Origin: Chlamydiales bacterium | GTDB lineage: Bacteria > Chlamydiota > Chlamydiia > Chlamydiales > SM23-39 | Direction of reading: 5' to 3' | Length of the DNA stretch: 28,166 nt | Assembly (NCBI GenBank): GCA_035287065.1 | Contig: DATECD010000153.1 | Location: 1 to 28,166, forward strand | Part shown: one piece after another, positions 25,371 through 28,166 of the stretch | Numbering within the stretch: the stretch's first letter is position 1 | Layout of the letters: each line of letters starts with the position of its first letter | Made by a program: the position numbers and the translations under genes | Notes under the pieces: generated by a model | What the model was told of the DNA's origin: nothing | The model's database searches: none | Seen by the model: the letters and a program-made list of their open reading frames with translations, nothing else

Positions 25371-25398
25371 TTTATAAAAAGAAAACATTAAGAGTCAA
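25371..25398 (-). promoter_or_regulatory. Putative sigma70/sigma66-type promoter for 24776..25333
   Basis: On the minus strand: TTGACT (25398-25393), 16-nt spacer, TATAAA (25376-25371). Confidence 0.55.
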
Positions 25399-25528
25399 GA
25401 AATTTTTTGATAGCAGGTCCGCATAGTTATAAGGGATCGTTCATCTATACGAATTCAGATTTTTGTTTTAAATTTTTCAGTGCGTGCTTATATCTGGAAA
25501 AAGAAAACTTTTACTAAATGGTACATGC

Positions 25529-28166
25529 ATGTTTGAAAGACCCCTTTTCCGAAAACCTTACTTTATCTTAAGTGTTTCGACACTGAGTCTCATTTTCCTT
25601 CATCAGGATTTAAGTGCTCAAAATACATGGACATCGAATGGAGATGCTGGTTACTCAGGAACTGGACTTAACGGCTCTTTAGTTTACTGTATTTGGAACG
25701 CTCAATCTGGTGATACCATTAACATGGGATCTGGCGTTTCGCCGCAACAGCCACTTCCTGCATTTATACAACCAAATGTTACATTGAATGGAAATGGGTA
25801 CACATTAAACGGCTATAGTTCTTTTACGGGGAACACACCCCTATTTTCTGTCGCTACAACTGGGATAACCATTCAGGATGTTAAGATAGAAAATGGATAT
25901 ATGCAAGGGGGAGATGGGGGAGATGGAGCTGCTGAAACTGGCAATGGCTATGCGTACGGAGGAGGCGGAGGTGGTGGGGCAGCTGGTGGCGGGGGCCTAT
26001 TTCTTGCCCCTAATTCTAGTGTGACCCTCACAGCACCACTAGGAATAACTTATTGTCAAGCAACTGGAGGAAATGGGGGGGGAGGCGCTACTTACTATAA
26101 TCCATACGCTGACCAAGATCAACTGTGGGTTCTTACTGCTTCAGGCGGAGGTGGTGGAGGTGGTCACGGAGGAGGAGATGGAGGAAGTGCTTCTACGTTT
26201 CAATCTGGAGCGGGAGGAGGAGGACATCCTGGTGGAGGCAATAATAATTCCAGTGTTCAGTCTCATACATATTCAGGCGCAGGAGGAAGTGGCTCAGGGA
26301 ATTCGGGTCCTGGTGGCAGTAGCTCTTATTCTGGGGGGAGTTCTTCTTTCTGTTCCAATACTGGTACTGGTGCGAATACAGCGGCATATGGGGGGGGAGG
26401 CGGAGGCGGAACAGCGGGACCAGGAGGAGATGGGTCATGCGGAATTGCGGAGGGAAAAGGGGGAAATGGAGGAGCTGGATTTTCAGGATTTGGCAATTTC
26501 GGTGGAGGTGGGGGAGGAGGTGCTGGTCAACAGAATGCTAGCGACGGTCTTGACACATCAGTTGGATCGGGATCAGGCGCTGGTGGAGGGGCTGGATCAT
26601 GCGCATCAAACGCAGCAACACCGGTAGTCGGAAATGGTGGCCTTTATGGCGGCGGCGGCGGTGGTGGTATGGCTCAAATCGGGCAGTATTATAACGAACC
26701 TAATGTCAGCGTGCCGGCTGGATCTGGGAACGGTGGGGGAGGAGCGGGAGGTTATGATAGTACTAGCTCGACTACCCCCATGTGGGGAGGGGCTGGCGGA
26801 AGTGCCTATGGAGGTGGTATTTATTTATCTCCATATTCAACGCTTACCGTGAATGGTGCTAATGAAATCTCCGTTAGTGGCAATAGTGTCACAGGAGGAT
26901 CGGGTGGAACAACATCTGGTGGGTCTCAAGCACCATTTGGTGTTGCTATTGGCCCAAATATTGCAATGGACCAAGGTTCGATCTTGAACATTAATTTTGA
27001 TCCAGGTGTTCAGTGGTCCCTAACTGGCCTTGATTTTGTAACAACTAATGATGTGACAATTAACTTGCAAGGAGGAGAGCTCTTCTTAGAGATAGATCAA
27101 TTGCCTGACAACATAACGCTAGCAAGTGAGACAGCACTCATTCTGACGTTCCTAAATGAAGAAGATGTAACAGTCAATGCTGCAAACATTTCAAATGGGG
27201 GAAACCTTACTCTCATACCTCCTGCAAATATTACCGTGGCAATCACTGGGCCTATTAGCGGCTCTACTGGAATCATAGAGACTGGCATAAATGGATCAAC
27301 GCCGGGAGAGTTGGCGATAGATTCTGCTATAAGTGGTAATATTTATTACAATGTAATAACAACTGTTGTCTATGATAGTATAACAGTAAATTCTTACAGT
27401 AACTATTCCCTTTCGACAGCAAGTGGTGCGCCACTAGGTTCAACAACAGGGGTACCAACTGGCGGATTGATTACTGCAACCACTTACACTAACTTTGCCA
27501 ATACGGAAACAAACGTATATGGTGGATCTATTGCTACAACTGATTTTTACAACTACGGTATAATTAATGGGTGCGGGACTATATCTGGAACTGTCACCAA
27601 CTATCCAGGATCTTATGTGCAGACCGGTTGTTCTCCTACTCCCCTTATAATTGCAGGGAATTTGATTTCAAACCCTAACACTACGATTTCCCCTATATTG
27701 GAGGATGATGGCCTTGCAACAATTATAGTTTCAGGAAGTGTGACTTTAGACGATGGGGTCAGTTTAGTGATAAGACCTGAAGCTGGTTGTTATAGACCTG
27801 CCAGCACGTATCCTGTAATTACAGCAGGAGGAACATTTACCGGAACATTTTCAAGTGTAGAGATAGGCACTCATTTTCTAACTGCAGATCTTGAATATGG
27901 TTCTCAAGGAGTTGCAATTACAGTTCAAAGAGTCCCTTTAAAAGATCTTATAACGGGAGAAAATATAGGCGAAGTAGCAAGTGCATTGGACGCACTTGCG
28001 GCATCTGGATATTCAATTCCTTGTGAGGCGACGAAAAAACTTTTTTACAGCTCACTTTCCGAGATTCAGACAGCTTTAGAATCGATGGACCCTGCGCTTT
28101 TTAAAGCGTTAACGCTTTCACAAGAAAATAACATCGTGAAAGTAAGAGAGACTTTTAGCTACAGGA
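25529..28166 (+). CDS. Glycine-rich autotransporter (type V secretion) passenger, 3'-truncated by window edge (at least 879 aa)
   Basis: Manual translation shows an open frame from ATG 25529 to the window end. Signal peptide MFERPLFRKPYFILSVSTLSLIFLHQDLSA, a Gly-rich tract, Asn/Thr/Gly beta-helix-like rungs, autochaperone-like 'YPVITAGGTFTGTFSSV...LEYGSQGVAITVQR', and linker 'LESMDPALFKALTLSQENN'. The beta-barrel would lie beyond the window. Confidence 0.85.
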   Translation, partial: MFERPLFRKPYFILSVSTLSLIFLHQDLSAQNTWTSNGDAGYSGTGLNGSLVYCIWNAQSGDTINMGSGVSPQQPLPAFIQPNVTLNGNGYTLNGYSSFTGNTPLFSVATTGITIQDVKIENGYMQGGDGGDGAAETGNGYAYGGGGGGGAAGGGGLFLAPNSSVTLTAPLGITYCQATGGNGGGGATYYNPYADQDQLWVLTASGGGGGGGHGGGDGGSASTFQSGAGGGGHPGGGNNNSSVQSHTYSGAGGSGSGNSGPGGSSSYSGGSSSFCSNTGTGANTAAYGGGGGGGTAGPGGDGSCGIAEGKGGNGGAGFSGFGNFGGGGGGGAGQQNASDGLDTSVGSGSGAGGGAGSCASNAATPVVGNGGLYGGGGGGGMAQIGQYYNEPNVSVPAGSGNGGGGAGGYDSTSSTTPMWGGAGGSAYGGGIYLSPYSTLTVNGANEISVSGNSVTGGSGGTTSGGSQAPFGVAIGPNIAMDQGSILNINFDPGVQWSLTGLDFVTTNDVTINLQGGELFLEIDQLPDNITLASETALILTFLNEEDVTVNAANISNGGNLTLIPPANITVAITGPISGSTGIIETGINGSTPGELAIDSAISGNIYYNVITTVVYDSITVNSYSNYSLSTASGAPLGSTTGVPTGGLITATTYTNFANTETNVYGGSIATTDFYNYGIINGCGTISGTVTNYPGSYVQTGCSPTPLIIAGNLISNPNTTISPILEDDGLATIIVSGSVTLDDGVSLVIRPEAGCYRPASTYPVITAGGTFTGTFSSVEIGTHFLTADLEYGSQGVAITVQRVPLKDLITGENIGEVASALDALAASGYSIPCEATKKLFYSSLSEIQTALESMDPALFKALTLSQENNIVKVRETFSYR

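Noticed and set aside
26073-26852. Plus-strand ORFs 26073..26627 and 26634..26852
   Set aside because: These are alternative-frame shadows of the autotransporter's GGA/GGT glycine codons. The real frame is open from 25529 to the window end.
1-28166. CRISPR array, rRNA, IS elements and the remaining short antisense ORFs in the track
   Set aside because: I saw no regularly spaced direct repeats, rRNA-like sequence or transposase motifs. The short ORFs lie within or opposite motif-supported genes.

Overview
Bacterial genomic window, most likely from an environmental member of Chlamydiota (inferred from the gsp gene order with a CT573-like lead gene, non-canonical pseudopilins, a DnaB carrying an insertion before its Walker A region and the autotransporter style; no search was run). 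Left to right: 3' end of mutY, a GT4 glycosyltransferase, two small membrane-protein genes, a type II secretion (gsp) operon ending in an 847-aa MORN-repeat exported protein, a tightly packed six-gene minus-strand operon (two tandem mitochondrial-carrier-family proteins, a 2OG-Fe(II) dioxygenase, an ArgO/LysE exporter, a stand-alone B3/4 tRNA-editing-type protein and a CASTOR-like ACT protein), a divergent APC amino-acid permease, a surface-glycan cluster (two GT9, GT4, ManC, divergent GT2-like), tRNA-Ser(GCU), dnaB, a Ser/Thr-rich orphan ORF and the 5' 879 codons of a glycine-rich autotransporter that the ORF track missed because it runs off the end. The strongest candidate for an undescribed system is the six-gene operon at 12124-16663. 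Every member points to amino-acid (possibly basic amino-acid analogue) modification, transport, sensing and tRNA proofreading, and it combines two eukaryote-type SLC25 carriers with a dioxygenase whose N-terminus resembles a mitochondrial presequence. All functional calls come from motifs read by eye.
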